From NCBI GenBank assembly GCA_963674595.2, contig CAXXFV010000008.1:32001-96000 (forward strand): a stretch of DNA of 64,000 nt, given 5' to 3'. Under the pieces are notes generated by a model. It was not told the DNA's origin. It saw only the letters and a list, made by a program, of their open reading frames with translations, and did no database searches. This DNA is from a bacterium (GTDB lineage Bacteria; Zhuqueibacterota; Zhuqueibacteria; Residuimicrobiales; Krinioviventaceae). Below are positions 50,790 through 61,263 of the stretch, one piece after another (position 1 is the stretch's first letter; each line of letters opens with the position of its first letter). The translations under genes and the position numbers were made by a program.

Positions 50790-52316
50790 TTACAATAAAA
50801 CAGAATGATCATAATCGATACGAAAAATTTCCACAGGTTGACTTTTGCCTTTGACAGTAACCGGATTTAATGTGATTGTCGGGTACGTGCCTTCAAGGTG
50901 TTTAAACATTTCAGTTGGTGCTAAAATTTCGCCGGCCTCTGCAATGGAACAAAGGCGCGATGCCAGATTTACAACATCACCAATTACTGTGTAATCCAAC
51001 CTGGACTGCGAGCCCATATTTCCCATAACAGCCGAACCAATATTCAAACCGCAGCCTACAGTAAAAACAATTTCTCCTTTTTTGAAACGTTTTTTATTCA
51101 GATCTCTAATGGCACGCTGAACTTCTATTGCCGCTTGTACGGCATTGTCCGCTTGCTTTTCACCGAGAAAAATCGCCATAACCTGATCACCCATAAATTT
51201 ATCGACAATACCTTTTTTTTCTTCAATAATACGTGATTGAAGATCAAGGTATATATTCACTAATTTTACTATTTCTTCCGGTTTTGATTTTTCCGTTAAC
51301 GCTGTAAAGTTTCGAACATCTGAAAATAACAGTGTAACTTGTCGCTGCTCGCCTGTCGGCGAAAGGTCCATACGGGAACGGTGACGAATCATTTCGACTG
51401 TTAATTTTGAAACAAATTTTTGCATGTGCAATTTTTCCCTCAGGTGGCCAACCATGCTGTTAAATTCGTTTGCCAACTGTCCCAATTCATCATTGGAAAG
51501 CACCGGAATTTCTGATTTTAAATTTCCCGTTGAAACTTTTTTTACGCCAATTGTCAGAACGTCAATTTGTCTTGTCATTCGTTGTGCGACATAAAATATA
51601 GCAATAATTGCTATAATAATTATTAAAAATGTTGCATAGATAATGGACTGGGTGACTCTTTGAATAGGTTTTACAATAATATCTCTAGAGAACCCAAGAG
51701 TCACAGTGCCCAAAAATATTTTCTTACCGTTTTCCCGTTTAATGATGATGGGGTGTATATACTCTATAATTTTTTCTTTACTGCGTTTCATTGTAGTTTT
51801 GAGATTGGAAAACAATACGCTGTCTTTTTCAGAAATTTTTTGATTTATCTGATCAATCGTTGTATGAGCGATGATAGTACCTTCTCTGTCTGTAACTCCC
51901 GTATATAAAAGGCCGGCAATATCTTCTTTCATTATACCAAGAACCGTTTCACGAATATGCCCCAGTGTTTGTGTGTGGCTTTTATCATTTGTCGTGCTTT
52001 GATAAAGTAAAAGGTCGTTTTTTATTGTTTCTGAAACGTGGCGTAATGAAAGATTACAGGTCTGGTCAAGCCTTTCCTGTAAAATTGTTTTTCCATTTTG
52101 AATGATGAGAAATCCAAAAACAGACATTAACAGAGTAAATAACAGCCCAATAATGATGATAAGTTTGATTCTTATTTGCAGTGAAGTGAAAAACCAGCGA
52201 AAATATTTATAAGCCCCGCGAAACCACAATAATTGATAAGCTGTCTTTTTTTGTAATAATTTTAAAAAAGATAAAATTGTATTATTTAGTCTTTGTACGA
52301 TAATTTTAAAAGTCAT
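50790..52316 (-). CDS. Membrane adenylate cyclase (class III) with HAMP domain
   Basis: Two TMs; DELGQLANEFNSM; FSDVRNFT, DKFMGD, DYTVIGDVVNLASRL. Confidence 0.9.
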   Translation of the reverse strand: MTFKIIVQRLNNTILSFLKLLQKKTAYQLLWFRGAYKYFRWFFTSLQIRIKLIIIIGLLFTLLMSVFGFLIIQNGKTILQERLDQTCNLSLRHVSETIKNDLLLYQSTTNDKSHTQTLGHIRETVLGIMKEDIAGLLYTGVTDREGTIIAHTTIDQINQKISEKDSVLFSNLKTTMKRSKEKIIEYIHPIIIKRENGKKIFLGTVTLGFSRDIIVKPIQRVTQSIIYATFLIIIIAIIAIFYVAQRMTRQIDVLTIGVKKVSTGNLKSEIPVLSNDELGQLANEFNSMVGHLREKLHMQKFVSKLTVEMIRHRSRMDLSPTGEQRQVTLLFSDVRNFTALTEKSKPEEIVKLVNIYLDLQSRIIEEKKGIVDKFMGDQVMAIFLGEKQADNAVQAAIEVQRAIRDLNKKRFKKGEIVFTVGCGLNIGSAVMGNMGSQSRLDYTVIGDVVNLASRLCSIAEAGEILAPTEMFKHLEGTYPTITLNPVTVKGKSQPVEIFRIDYDHSVLL

Positions 52317-52384
52317 GGATGCTTCTTTGTTGCTTTATGTTGATTATATGAATTGCTTTCAAACGATGCATTTTAAATAAAACT

Positions 52385-52654
52385 TTATTCTACAACGATA
52401 ACCTCTTCAACGGTTATTGTCGGTTTTTTGCCGGCATTTTTTATCGTTGTGTTTCCGGCTTTTTTGTTCAGATAGTATGACATGAGTGCCAGTAGAATGA
52501 CCAATATAACCAGTCGGAATGTTGAGCCTTTTTTCGTATGTTTGTTTTTTCGCAACTGTTTAAAACGAATTCGCTTTTCATCCTCGTCTTGCGGTGTGTA
52601 AAACTTGGGTCGATAATTAAATTGTCTTGGTTTATTTATATTTTTAAAAAACAT
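52385..52654 (-). CDS. Small single-TM hypothetical protein
   Basis: AGGAG RBS; KPRQFNYRPKFY motif then TM. Confidence 0.6.
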   Translation of the reverse strand: MFFKNINKPRQFNYRPKFYTPQDEDEKRIRFKQLRKNKHTKKGSTFRLVILVILLALMSYYLNKKAGNTTIKNAGKKPTITVEEVIVVE

Positions 52655-52707
52655 GTTTTCTCCTGAAAAATGGATGAATAAATGCATTTATTAATAAAAC
52701 ACAAGAT

Positions 52708-54189
52708 TCACCGTCTAAAATTCGTTAAATTTTCACAAATTTTTTCATGTAAAGATTTGGTAAAATCACCTGAACAGGAATAATTATTAGTCAATATGGA
52801 AAAAGTAAAAAGTTCATTATCTCGTGTTCTGGTATAGCCTGACAATGCTTTAACATGGCCCATAGAGCCTGTTTTGGCAATTGTTTTGTTTGCTGAATTT
52901 GTATTTTTAAAACGGGACTCCAATGTCCCGTCTGTTCCCGCAATTGGAAGACTTTTCATAAATATATCTGCATATACACTTTTTTGCATAAAAGATAATA
53001 GAGTTGTTATAGCTTTTGGTGAAACAAAATTTTTTCTGGATAAACCTGAACCGTCCACAAGAACAAGCTGGTTTTTGTCAATTCCCATTTTTTCACATTC
53101 CTGCCGGATAATTTCAATGCCTGCTTTTGCATTTCCTTGTCCATGAATAATGGCCGCCAGGTTTCGCAGTAAAAGTTCTGCATATAAATTATTACTTTTT
53201 TTGTTGATTATAAAAATGATTTCCGCCAAAGTAGGGGAGTACCATTCACCAAGTATGTTTTCATTTTCATATTTATAATTTTCAAGGCTGTCAATATCGA
53301 TACAGTTTTTGTTTGTTGTAATGTTGTTTGTATTTAAAAAAGATTGAAACAGCGTTGCCGTATAAAGTGCCGGATTATCAATTGTTACGGTGTCATCATA
53401 TTTTTCATCGGAAAACGGTAAACAACCGGAACATTCGATAATATTACTTTGTTCTATTCTTTCAAGATTAATATCGGTTTCAAGGCAGGTGTCTGAACGG
53501 ATGATGTGATTTTTAATTGTGACATAATCTGTTTTTGGGAAAATGGAAATTTCTGTTCTCGAAGCGGATTGTAAACAGGGTGATATTAAAATTTTTACAA
53601 TATTGTCAAAAGATGACAAGGCACTGATTTGGGCAGAAAAGTCATAGGATTGATCATCCCATGCCCAGGCATAACCCAGCTTATGGTCTGTATAATATCG
53701 GTCATCACCTATAATTCGGCCGTTTATCGATGTAATGCCTTTATCCCGAATTTTTGATAAAAAATACATAAAAGCCGTATCCGGATTGAGTTGGACCAAT
53801 GAACTGCCAATTGTCGGGTCGCCGAATCCTTTTAATATAATATCTCCGTTTAGTGTCCCCTGCGAATCTATTTCTCCTGTATAAGATAAACGGGTTGGAA
53901 ATCGATAATCGGGACCCAGTTTTTCGAGCGCTACGGCTGTTGTGAAAAGTTTTGTGTTTGAAGCGGGAATAAAATTTTTGTTTTCGTTATAGGCAAAAAT
54001 AGTTTCTCCCCTATCAATAGATTTTACGGAAATGCCAAAGATTGCCGAGGATAAACCGGGATCGGAAATAATTAAATCTATTTCCTGAGACAATGCCTGT
54101 ATCGGTGATTTTTTAGATGGATGAACCAGATATTGGGTGCAGGAAATAAACTGAAAAATTAATAAAGTTGTAAATAGGTATTTTTTCAT
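52708..54189 (-). CDS. dacB: D-alanyl-D-alanine carboxypeptidase/endopeptidase (PBP4)
   Basis: PASNTK (SxxK), SNN, DGSGLSR, KTG motifs. Confidence 0.92.
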   Translation of the reverse strand: MKKYLFTTLLIFQFISCTQYLVHPSKKSPIQALSQEIDLIISDPGLSSAIFGISVKSIDRGETIFAYNENKNFIPASNTKLFTTAVALEKLGPDYRFPTRLSYTGEIDSQGTLNGDIILKGFGDPTIGSSLVQLNPDTAFMYFLSKIRDKGITSINGRIIGDDRYYTDHKLGYAWAWDDQSYDFSAQISALSSFDNIVKILISPCLQSASRTEISIFPKTDYVTIKNHIIRSDTCLETDINLERIEQSNIIECSGCLPFSDEKYDDTVTIDNPALYTATLFQSFLNTNNITTNKNCIDIDSLENYKYENENILGEWYSPTLAEIIFIINKKSNNLYAELLLRNLAAIIHGQGNAKAGIEIIRQECEKMGIDKNQLVLVDGSGLSRKNFVSPKAITTLLSFMQKSVYADIFMKSLPIAGTDGTLESRFKNTNSANKTIAKTGSMGHVKALSGYTRTRDNELFTFSILTNNYSCSGDFTKSLHEKICENLTNFRR

Positions 54190-54336
54190 AGTCGTTTTTA
54201 AATTTTAAAAAATTAATCAAAATTGCGACAATAATCAAGAGCTTTAAATCACTCGATATGCATCTTAATAATCGGTTGATTTTCATTATGATAATATCTA
54301 ACTTTATTGTTGAATTTTTAATGTACAAGAAACGGA

Positions 54337-55140
54337 GTGATTATTTTGAATACTATTGGTGAAAAGTTTGAACGGCTTGTAGAAATTATGGCTATTTTAC
54401 GAAGTGAAAACGGATGTCCGTGGGACAGGGAACAAACCCATAAATCACTGAGGCAACATTTGCTTGAAGAGGCTTATGAAGTTATCGAAACTCTTGATGA
54501 AGAGAATTGGGAAGAGTTGCCTGTTGAATTGGGTGATTTACTGCTTCAGGTTATCTTTCATGCACAAATTGCCGATGAAGTGAATTCTTTTAATATTGGT
54601 GATGTAATTGATGCCATTAATAATAAATTGGAAAGAAGGCATCCACATGTTTTTGGTGATGTTGTTATCCGAACGGCTGAGGAACAGGTCGTTCATTGGG
54701 AAAATTCCAAAATAAAAAAAGAGGGTAAAAAGTCCGCTATTGATGGTGTTCCCAAGCAGTTGCCGGCCCTGGTACGTTCCTATCGAATGCAAAATAAAGC
54801 GGCCACAGTTGGATTTGATTGGGAAAAGATCGAATCTGTTTGGGACAAAGTAGATGAAGAAATGTCTGAATTAAAACAGGCAATTGATACCGGAAATAAA
54901 AATGATATTGAAGATGAACTGGGTGATTTGTTATTTTCTCTGGTAAATGTTTCCCGGTTTTTGCATGTCAATCCGGAGGATGCTCTGCGGCATACCATTG
55001 AAAAGTTTGACAGACGCTTTCGTCAGGTAGAATACGAGTTTAAATCAAACGGCAAATCTATAACCGATGCTTCTCTGGAAGAGATGGACAACGTGTGGGA
55101 AACAATAAAGCAGCAGGAAAAAAACTATTCAGAAAAATAG
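54337..55140 (+). CDS. mazG: Nucleoside triphosphate pyrophosphohydrolase
   Basis: GCPWDREQT, EEAYE, ELGDLL twice, RRHPHVFG. Confidence 0.93.
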   Translation: MIILNTIGEKFERLVEIMAILRSENGCPWDREQTHKSLRQHLLEEAYEVIETLDEENWEELPVELGDLLLQVIFHAQIADEVNSFNIGDVIDAINNKLERRHPHVFGDVVIRTAEEQVVHWENSKIKKEGKKSAIDGVPKQLPALVRSYRMQNKAATVGFDWEKIESVWDKVDEEMSELKQAIDTGNKNDIEDELGDLLFSLVNVSRFLHVNPEDALRHTIEKFDRRFRQVEYEFKSNGKSITDASLEEMDNVWETIKQQEKNYSEK

Positions 55141-55607
55141 GGTTTTAACAAATCCCAACTTTCATATAAACCCTGAGAGTTTACTTTTGTATGGCCGGTG
55201 ACAGGCATAAAGTTTGTGTCTCCGCTCCAACGCGGAACAATATGAAAATGTAAATGATCATCAATCCCTGCGCCGGCTATTTTACCCAAATTCATACCGA
55301 TATTTAATCCTTCACAATTGACAGCCTCTTTTAAAATTGCAGCACATTTGGTAACCAAATTCATCATTTCTAAACGTTCTGGATCTGTTAAAAGAGAGAG
55401 GTCAGAAAGATGTCTATAGGGAACGACCATAAGGTGACAATTGTTATAGGGATAGTAATTCATTATTACAAAATTATATTCACCTTTAAATAAAATCAGA
55501 TTTTCTCTTTCTTTTTCAGAAAGGTTTGGTTTTTCGCAAAAAATACATCCCTGCTGTTTTTCTGAAAGAATGTATTCCATTCGCCAGGGAGCCCAAAGTT
55601 TTTCCAT
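55125..55607 (-). CDS. HIT domain protein (Ap4A phosphorylase-like)
   Basis: LWAPWRMEY, CIFC, YPYN, HLHFHIVPRW. Confidence 0.9.
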   Translation of the reverse strand: MEKLWAPWRMEYILSEKQQGCIFCEKPNLSEKERENLILFKGEYNFVIMNYYPYNNCHLMVVPYRHLSDLSLLTDPERLEMMNLVTKCAAILKEAVNCEGLNIGMNLGKIAGAGIDDHLHFHIVPRWSGDTNFMPVTGHTKVNSQGLYESWDLLKPYFSE

Positions 55608-55625
55608 AATATTGTGTCCTGAATT

Positions 55626-55660
55626 AAAAAAAGCGCAATCTAAAAACAAATAGATTGCGC
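55626..55660 (-). terminator. Terminator after EF-G gene
   Basis: GCGCAATCTA/TAGATTGCGC stem with T-run on the minus strand. Confidence 0.7.
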
Positions 55661-55684
55661 CCTGTTATATAAATATTTTAAAAG

Positions 55685-57754
55685 TTATTCTTCTTTTGAT
55701 TCCGCAATGACTTTTGCTTCAGCATCTTTTGGAACAGGATCGTAATGTGATAATGTTCGTTTATGTGTAGCTCGTCCCTGTGTTATAGAGCGAAGTTGTG
55801 TTGCATAGTTGTGAAGTTCTGCCAAAGGAACCAGGGCCTTAACGACCTGAAAGCGTCCTTCTGCTTCCATACCCTGAATTTTACCTCTTCGGCTGGACAA
55901 GTCACCCATTACGTCACCCATGTACTCTTCCGGACATTTGATAGCAACTTCATAAATGGGTTCCAATAGAATTGGTTTTGCGTTTTTCATTGCCAGTTTA
56001 AACACTTCCCGTCCGGCAATTTGGAAAGCAATATCTTTAGAATCTACTGGGTGTTCTTTACCGTCATAGACAACAGCTTTAACGTCTACAATTTTATATC
56101 CTGCAATAGCACCTTCGGTTAAAATCTGCTGGATTCCTTTTTCAATTGAAGGAATAAAAACAGAAGAAATGGCGCCTCCAACAACGGCACTTTCAAATTG
56201 AAAACCGCCACCACGCGGCATGGGTTCAATTCGCATCCAAACTTCACCAAATTGACCGGCCCCACCGGACTGTTTTTTATGTCTGTATTTTTCGTCGGCT
56301 TTGCCGGTAATTGTTTCACGATATGGAATTTTGGGTTTCTTTTGTTCAACTTCAACTCCATAACGTTCTTTAAGCCTGTTAATTACGATTAACAGATGCA
56401 TCTCACCTTGTCCGGAAATGATTGTCTGATGAAGTTCCGGATCAACCCTTACAAAAAAGCTGGGATCAATTTCGTGTAAGGTATGCAGACCGTTACCAAT
56501 TTTATCCTCATCACCTTTTGCTTTTGGTTCTACGGCCATATCTACAACCGGTTCAGGGAATTCTATCGGAGCAAAAACAACGGGTTGTTTTTTAGATGCA
56601 AGAGTATTCGCTGTATGTGTATTTTTTAATTTTACCAAAGCGCCGATATCACCGGCTTTTAATGTGGCTATTTCAGTCCTGTTTTTACCGTTTAATACAT
56701 ACATCTGACCGATTTTTTCACTAGAGTCGTTTGAAGTGTTTAGTACTTCATCTCCAGGTTTAATTGAACCAGAGTTGATTCGTACAAGTGAAAGTTCACC
56801 AACGTGCATTTCAGAAATTGTTTTGAAAACAAGCGCTGAAAAGGGTTCATTCTCGTCAATTTTTACCTGAACTTGTTCATCTTTTATTGTGGCCGGGATA
56901 GTGCCAATATCTATAGGAGATGGGCCGTATTCTGCAATAAAATCCATTAATGATTGAACACCCATGTTCTTTGCCGCAGATCCGCAAAGTATTGGATAAA
57001 GTGAACGGGATAATATACCGGCTCTCAATCCTTTTACAATATCGCCTTCTGAAAGTTCACCTTCTTCAAAATATTTTTCAAGTATTTCATCATCACATTC
57101 GGCGATTTTTTCGATCAATGCATTTCTGAGTTCTTCTGCACGATCTTTAAGGTCTGCAGGAATATCTCCTTGTGTGTATGAACCGCTGCTATCACCTTTA
57201 AAGGTCAGCTTTTTCATGCGTAAAACATCAATGATGCTGTCAAATCCTTCACCTTCATTCACCGGGAATTGTACAAGAATACTGTTATTTCCAAAAGTCT
57301 CTATAATTTGCTCGGATGTCTCATTAAATTTGGAATGTTCCCTGTCAAGCAGGTTAACGTAAAACATGCGAGGTGTGCTATATTCTTCCAAAATTTCCCA
57401 GGCTATATCAGCTCCTACTTCGATACCGTGTTGAGAATTGATTAAAACAATAGCCAAATCAGTTACTTTTAATCCGCAGCGGACTTCACCAATAAAGTCA
57501 AGATAACCCGGCATGTCAATAATATTAAATTTTTTCTTATTCCATTCTAAATGTGACAATGCGGCACTGATGGAGATTTTTCGTTCAATTTCGTCTGCTC
57601 TAAAGTCTGAGGTTGTAGAGCCATCATCTATAGTACCAAGTCTATTGGTCTCACCTGCTGAAAATAACATTGCTTCAGCAAGTGTAGTTTTGCCTGTGGA
57701 TTGATGTGATACGAGGCCGATATTTCGGATATCGGTAGGAGCATATTCTTTCAC
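55685..57754 (-). CDS. fusA: Elongation factor G (stand-alone EF-G2-like paralog)
   Basis: IRNIGLVSHQSTGKTT, DMPGYLDF, KKQSGGAGQFG, LLEPIY; not in an str operon; divergent G1. Confidence 0.88.
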   Translation of the reverse strand: MKEYAPTDIRNIGLVSHQSTGKTTLAEAMLFSAGETNRLGTIDDGSTTSDFRADEIERKISISAALSHLEWNKKKFNIIDMPGYLDFIGEVRCGLKVTDLAIVLINSQHGIEVGADIAWEILEEYSTPRMFYVNLLDREHSKFNETSEQIIETFGNNSILVQFPVNEGEGFDSIIDVLRMKKLTFKGDSSGSYTQGDIPADLKDRAEELRNALIEKIAECDDEILEKYFEEGELSEGDIVKGLRAGILSRSLYPILCGSAAKNMGVQSLMDFIAEYGPSPIDIGTIPATIKDEQVQVKIDENEPFSALVFKTISEMHVGELSLVRINSGSIKPGDEVLNTSNDSSEKIGQMYVLNGKNRTEIATLKAGDIGALVKLKNTHTANTLASKKQPVVFAPIEFPEPVVDMAVEPKAKGDEDKIGNGLHTLHEIDPSFFVRVDPELHQTIISGQGEMHLLIVINRLKERYGVEVEQKKPKIPYRETITGKADEKYRHKKQSGGAGQFGEVWMRIEPMPRGGGFQFESAVVGGAISSVFIPSIEKGIQQILTEGAIAGYKIVDVKAVVYDGKEHPVDSKDIAFQIAGREVFKLAMKNAKPILLEPIYEVAIKCPEEYMGDVMGDLSSRRGKIQGMEAEGRFQVVKALVPLAELHNYATQLRSITQGRATHKRTLSHYDPVPKDAEAKVIAESKEE

Positions 57755-57834
57755 TTTGTTCCTCCTAAATGAACTAGAATGTTAGAGTAAAAATATCTAA
57801 AAAATTAACAATTATCCTTTATGTTTTGCTGCGT

Positions 57835-59370
57835 TTAATTCGGTGTTGATCTATTTTTTTCCTGTTCACGCATTCTTAATACTCTTTTTAAAACTCGTCC
57901 TGTCGGACTTTTGGGTATTTCTTTTGAAAATTCAAAGTGTTTAGGTATTTTATAAACCGGTAACCTGTTTCTGCAAAAAGTATCCAGTTCTTCACTTGTA
58001 CATGATAAAGATTCTTTTAATACAACAAAGGCCTTTACTTCAGATCCCTGGATTTTGTCAGGCACTCCAATAACTGCTGTTTCATAAACACTTGTATGTT
58101 CTAACAGGATTTTTTCTATTTCTTCAGGGAATATATGAAATCCGCCTTTAACAATAATATCTTCTTTACGCTGCTGTATATGGAGATAATAATCTTCGTC
58201 CAAATATCCGATATCACCTGTAAAGAGCCAATCATTAACAAGTTTTTTTGTTGTTTCCTGCGGCTTGTTATAATATTGTTTCATAAGTCCGGGACCTTTT
58301 ACCCATATTTCGCCGCTTTCAGTTTGACGAACTTCGATCCCTTCATTGTTACGAATTTCAATTTCAACTCCAATTATCGGCAGGCCGACAGAACCAAATT
58401 TGCGGTCTCTGTCGACTCGGTTACACGCCACTAACGGACCGGCTTCGGAAAGTCCATAAGCTTCTAATATGGTAGCCGGATATTTTTTTTCAAAATCTTC
58501 AATAACCTGCGGGTCCAGTTTTCCGCCGTAACTTATGCAGAATTTTAAAGAGTTGACATCATCTTGAGAAACATCGTAATCTGCCAGGTCTTTAAACATG
58601 CTGGGTGCGGCCGCAAAAAATGAAGTATTGTTTTCTTTGATTGTTTGAACAACAATGTCCGGGGAATATTTCGGCAGCAAACTAATTGATGCACCTGCCA
58701 CAAAAGATGCACCCATTAACATAGTATGGCCTAACGGGTGGAACAATGGCAGTGCCGCAATTATATTTTCATTTTTAGATATTCGAAACATTTCACGGTA
58801 GGTAATAACATTGTTGGCAAGAGCAGCGTGAGTAAGCTCTGCACCTAGAGGAGCATCTGATATGCCTGATGTATAATTGATTACAGCCAGGTCGTCATCA
58901 GATATTTCAATTTGATGTTGCAGCGGTTGAGATTGGGCGATAAGTTGAGTGAGAGCTATACTATCTTTTGGAATATTATTCCCAAGAAAAACGAGTTTTG
59001 GCTTGGATTCCATACTTTCCAGTGCGGATAGTATTTGTGTCTGAAATCCAATCCAGGATATTAAAACTTTTGCACCGCTATCGATAAGGTGATGTTTGAT
59101 TTCATCCGGTTCAAACATTATATTGATAGGGACTACGACAGCACCTATTTCCAGAATGCCATAATACACAATGCAAAAATGAGGAACATTGGGCAGCATT
59201 AAAGCCACCCGGTCTCCTTTCTCGATTCCAAGGTTTTGAAGACCTTTGGCTAATCTTTTTACGGCTTCATAAAGCCGTCCATATTCAATCTTGGTCTCAT
59301 TAAATACAATTGCGATATGGTCTGTATATTGTTCTGCCGTCTTATTCAGATATGATACCAGTGTCGGCAA
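57835..59370 (-). CDS. Long-chain fatty acid-CoA ligase-like AMP-binding protein
   Basis: LPLFH, YGLSE, GEIWVKGP, TGDIG; divergent P-loop. Confidence 0.8.
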   Translation of the reverse strand: MPTLVSYLNKTAEQYTDHIAIVFNETKIEYGRLYEAVKRLAKGLQNLGIEKGDRVALMLPNVPHFCIVYYGILEIGAVVVPINIMFEPDEIKHHLIDSGAKVLISWIGFQTQILSALESMESKPKLVFLGNNIPKDSIALTQLIAQSQPLQHQIEISDDDLAVINYTSGISDAPLGAELTHAALANNVITYREMFRISKNENIIAALPLFHPLGHTMLMGASFVAGASISLLPKYSPDIVVQTIKENNTSFFAAAPSMFKDLADYDVSQDDVNSLKFCISYGGKLDPQVIEDFEKKYPATILEAYGLSEAGPLVACNRVDRDRKFGSVGLPIIGVEIEIRNNEGIEVRQTESGEIWVKGPGLMKQYYNKPQETTKKLVNDWLFTGDIGYLDEDYYLHIQQRKEDIIVKGGFHIFPEEIEKILLEHTSVYETAVIGVPDKIQGSEVKAFVVLKESLSCTSEELDTFCRNRLPVYKIPKHFEFSKEIPKSPTGRVLKRVLRMREQEKNRSTPN

Positions 59371-59615
59371 TATTTATTCCTTTAATAATTGTCAGAATTT
59401 ACCAATTCTTGCAACTAACTTTAATAGACGGTTTTTCAAAAAAGTAAATTAAGATACCGCTAAACAAGGAAAATGTCAAGAATATTTTAAAATCAGTGCT
59501 TTAGTTAGCTTACAAGCCTTCTTTGTGTTTATATTAATTACTTGAATTTCATTCCTTAAAGTGTTATTATATCCCTGTATATTGTTGGTTTATATTCTAT
59601 TTTGGCTTGTTTTAT

Positions 59616-61166
59616 ATGAAAAAAATTTTTACTAAAAAGTATATCATTTATGCTTCTGTTTTCATTTTAGTTTGTTTTTTGTTTCTAGCCCGAAAGGCTT
59701 TTCTCAACGCCGCGCAGGTTTCCTATAATAAATGGATGGTGTTGACAATGGTTATTGACAAAATACAACGATATTATGTTGATGAAAAAAATCCTGACAG
59801 TCTGTTTGATAATGCTATACAGGGAATTTTGGCAGGTCTGGATCCCCATTCCGTTTATTTGTCTCCGGAAAAGTACAAGGAGTGGGTGAAAAAATATGAA
59901 GGGTATGTTGGAATTGGGGTGAAATATAATATTTTAGATGGCAAACCTGTGGTGGTTTCTGTTTTTGATGATGGTCCGGCAGATATTGCCGGTATTCGGG
60001 TTGGTGACAATATAGTAACGATTCAGGGTGTAAAAACAGAGAATAAAAAAAGTGAACAGATAAAAGATTTGCTGCTTGGACCTGTTAAATCTTCTGTATT
60101 TATACAGGTTAAGAGGCACAATAATGAAGGTTTATTGGAATTTAATGTTCCACGAGAAAATATTACGGTTAGCAGTATTCCCTGTGCATTTTTACTTGAT
60201 GCCGGGACCGGTTATATTAAAATAGACCATTTCAGCCATGCAACCCCTACTGAACTTGATGTGGCTGTTGCCGGACTTGCAGAGCAGGGTATGAAACAAT
60301 TAATGCTGGACCTTCGGGATAATTCCGGAGGTGTGTTCTCTGCCGGTATTGAAGTAGCCGACCGTTTTTTACAAGGCGGAAAGATCATTGTGTTTACCAA
60401 AGGCCGTGATGTCAAAAGTAATGAGCAATTTATATCTACTTTTGAAAAAACATTACCACAATTTCCGCTTGTTATTTTAGTAAATGAGGCCACAGCAAGT
60501 GATGCGGAAATTGTTGCCGGAGCTATTCAAGACTGGGACCGCGGTATCATTGCAGGGCAACAAACTTTTGGCAAGGCGCTTGTACAATCTGAATATGCTT
60601 TTCAGGATGGCTCTGCTTTATTGCTTACTACAGCCAGATATTATACGCCGCTTGGACGTCTTATACAACGGGAATATTATAATGATAAATCAGCCTCTAA
60701 AAATGATAAATTAAAAAAAGCTGAATTTATAACGCCAAAAGGCCGGGTTTTAAAAAGTAATGGCGGGATTAAACCTGATTATCTGTTACCTTTAGCTGAT
60801 TTTGAAATGTCGCATTCTCTTGCCTCTCTATTAATTAATGATGAAAACTCTATTAAGGGATTTATTGATAAAGTTGTCGAAAGTAATCGTATTCAACCTG
60901 ATGAAAGTGTGGCAGATTTTATCTCTCGTTTTCAAGTTTCGGATTCACTTTTTAACGAGTTTATAAATTTAAAAGAAAACAAGTCAAGCGTTATATCAGC
61001 TAAAGATCTGGATAAAAATAAAGATTTTTTAAAATTTTCAATTAAACGCCATGTTGTAACAAGAATTTGCGGAGAAGAAGGCCGATATATTTTTAATGCT
61101 TTAAATGATGATCAAATCAAAAAGGCTGTAAAATATTTTAATAATGCACAACAGTTGTTAAATTAA
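59616..61166 (+). CDS. S41 carboxyl-terminal protease with PDZ domain
   Basis: LDPHSVY, GIGV, LDLRDNSGG, TASDAEI, TFGKALVQ, TTARYYTP. Confidence 0.9.
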   Translation: MKKIFTKKYIIYASVFILVCFLFLARKAFLNAAQVSYNKWMVLTMVIDKIQRYYVDEKNPDSLFDNAIQGILAGLDPHSVYLSPEKYKEWVKKYEGYVGIGVKYNILDGKPVVVSVFDDGPADIAGIRVGDNIVTIQGVKTENKKSEQIKDLLLGPVKSSVFIQVKRHNNEGLLEFNVPRENITVSSIPCAFLLDAGTGYIKIDHFSHATPTELDVAVAGLAEQGMKQLMLDLRDNSGGVFSAGIEVADRFLQGGKIIVFTKGRDVKSNEQFISTFEKTLPQFPLVILVNEATASDAEIVAGAIQDWDRGIIAGQQTFGKALVQSEYAFQDGSALLLTTARYYTPLGRLIQREYYNDKSASKNDKLKKAEFITPKGRVLKSNGGIKPDYLLPLADFEMSHSLASLLINDENSIKGFIDKVVESNRIQPDESVADFISRFQVSDSLFNEFINLKENKSSVISAKDLDKNKDFLKFSIKRHVVTRICGEEGRYIFNALNDDQIKKAVKYFNNAQQLLN

Positions 61167-61263
61167 ATATCCAATAATTATAATGATGAAAAATAACTTG
61201 ATTCTCAAGTCCCGAAATTGTAATTTTTGTGATTCTAAAAAACATTGATTTGGAGAATATAAA

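Noticed and set aside
54337-55607. MazG/HIT as an anti-phage or toxin-antitoxin module
   Set aside because: Canonical housekeeping two-domain MazG, convergent with HIT, with no mazEF or defence genes
59616-61166. Inactive S41 protease (TASDAE instead of SASASE)
   Set aside because: The catalytic Ser and the Lys of TFGK appear retained
61167-61263. Glycine riboswitch before gcvPB
   Set aside because: Intergenic region is short and AT-rich with no aptamer motifs
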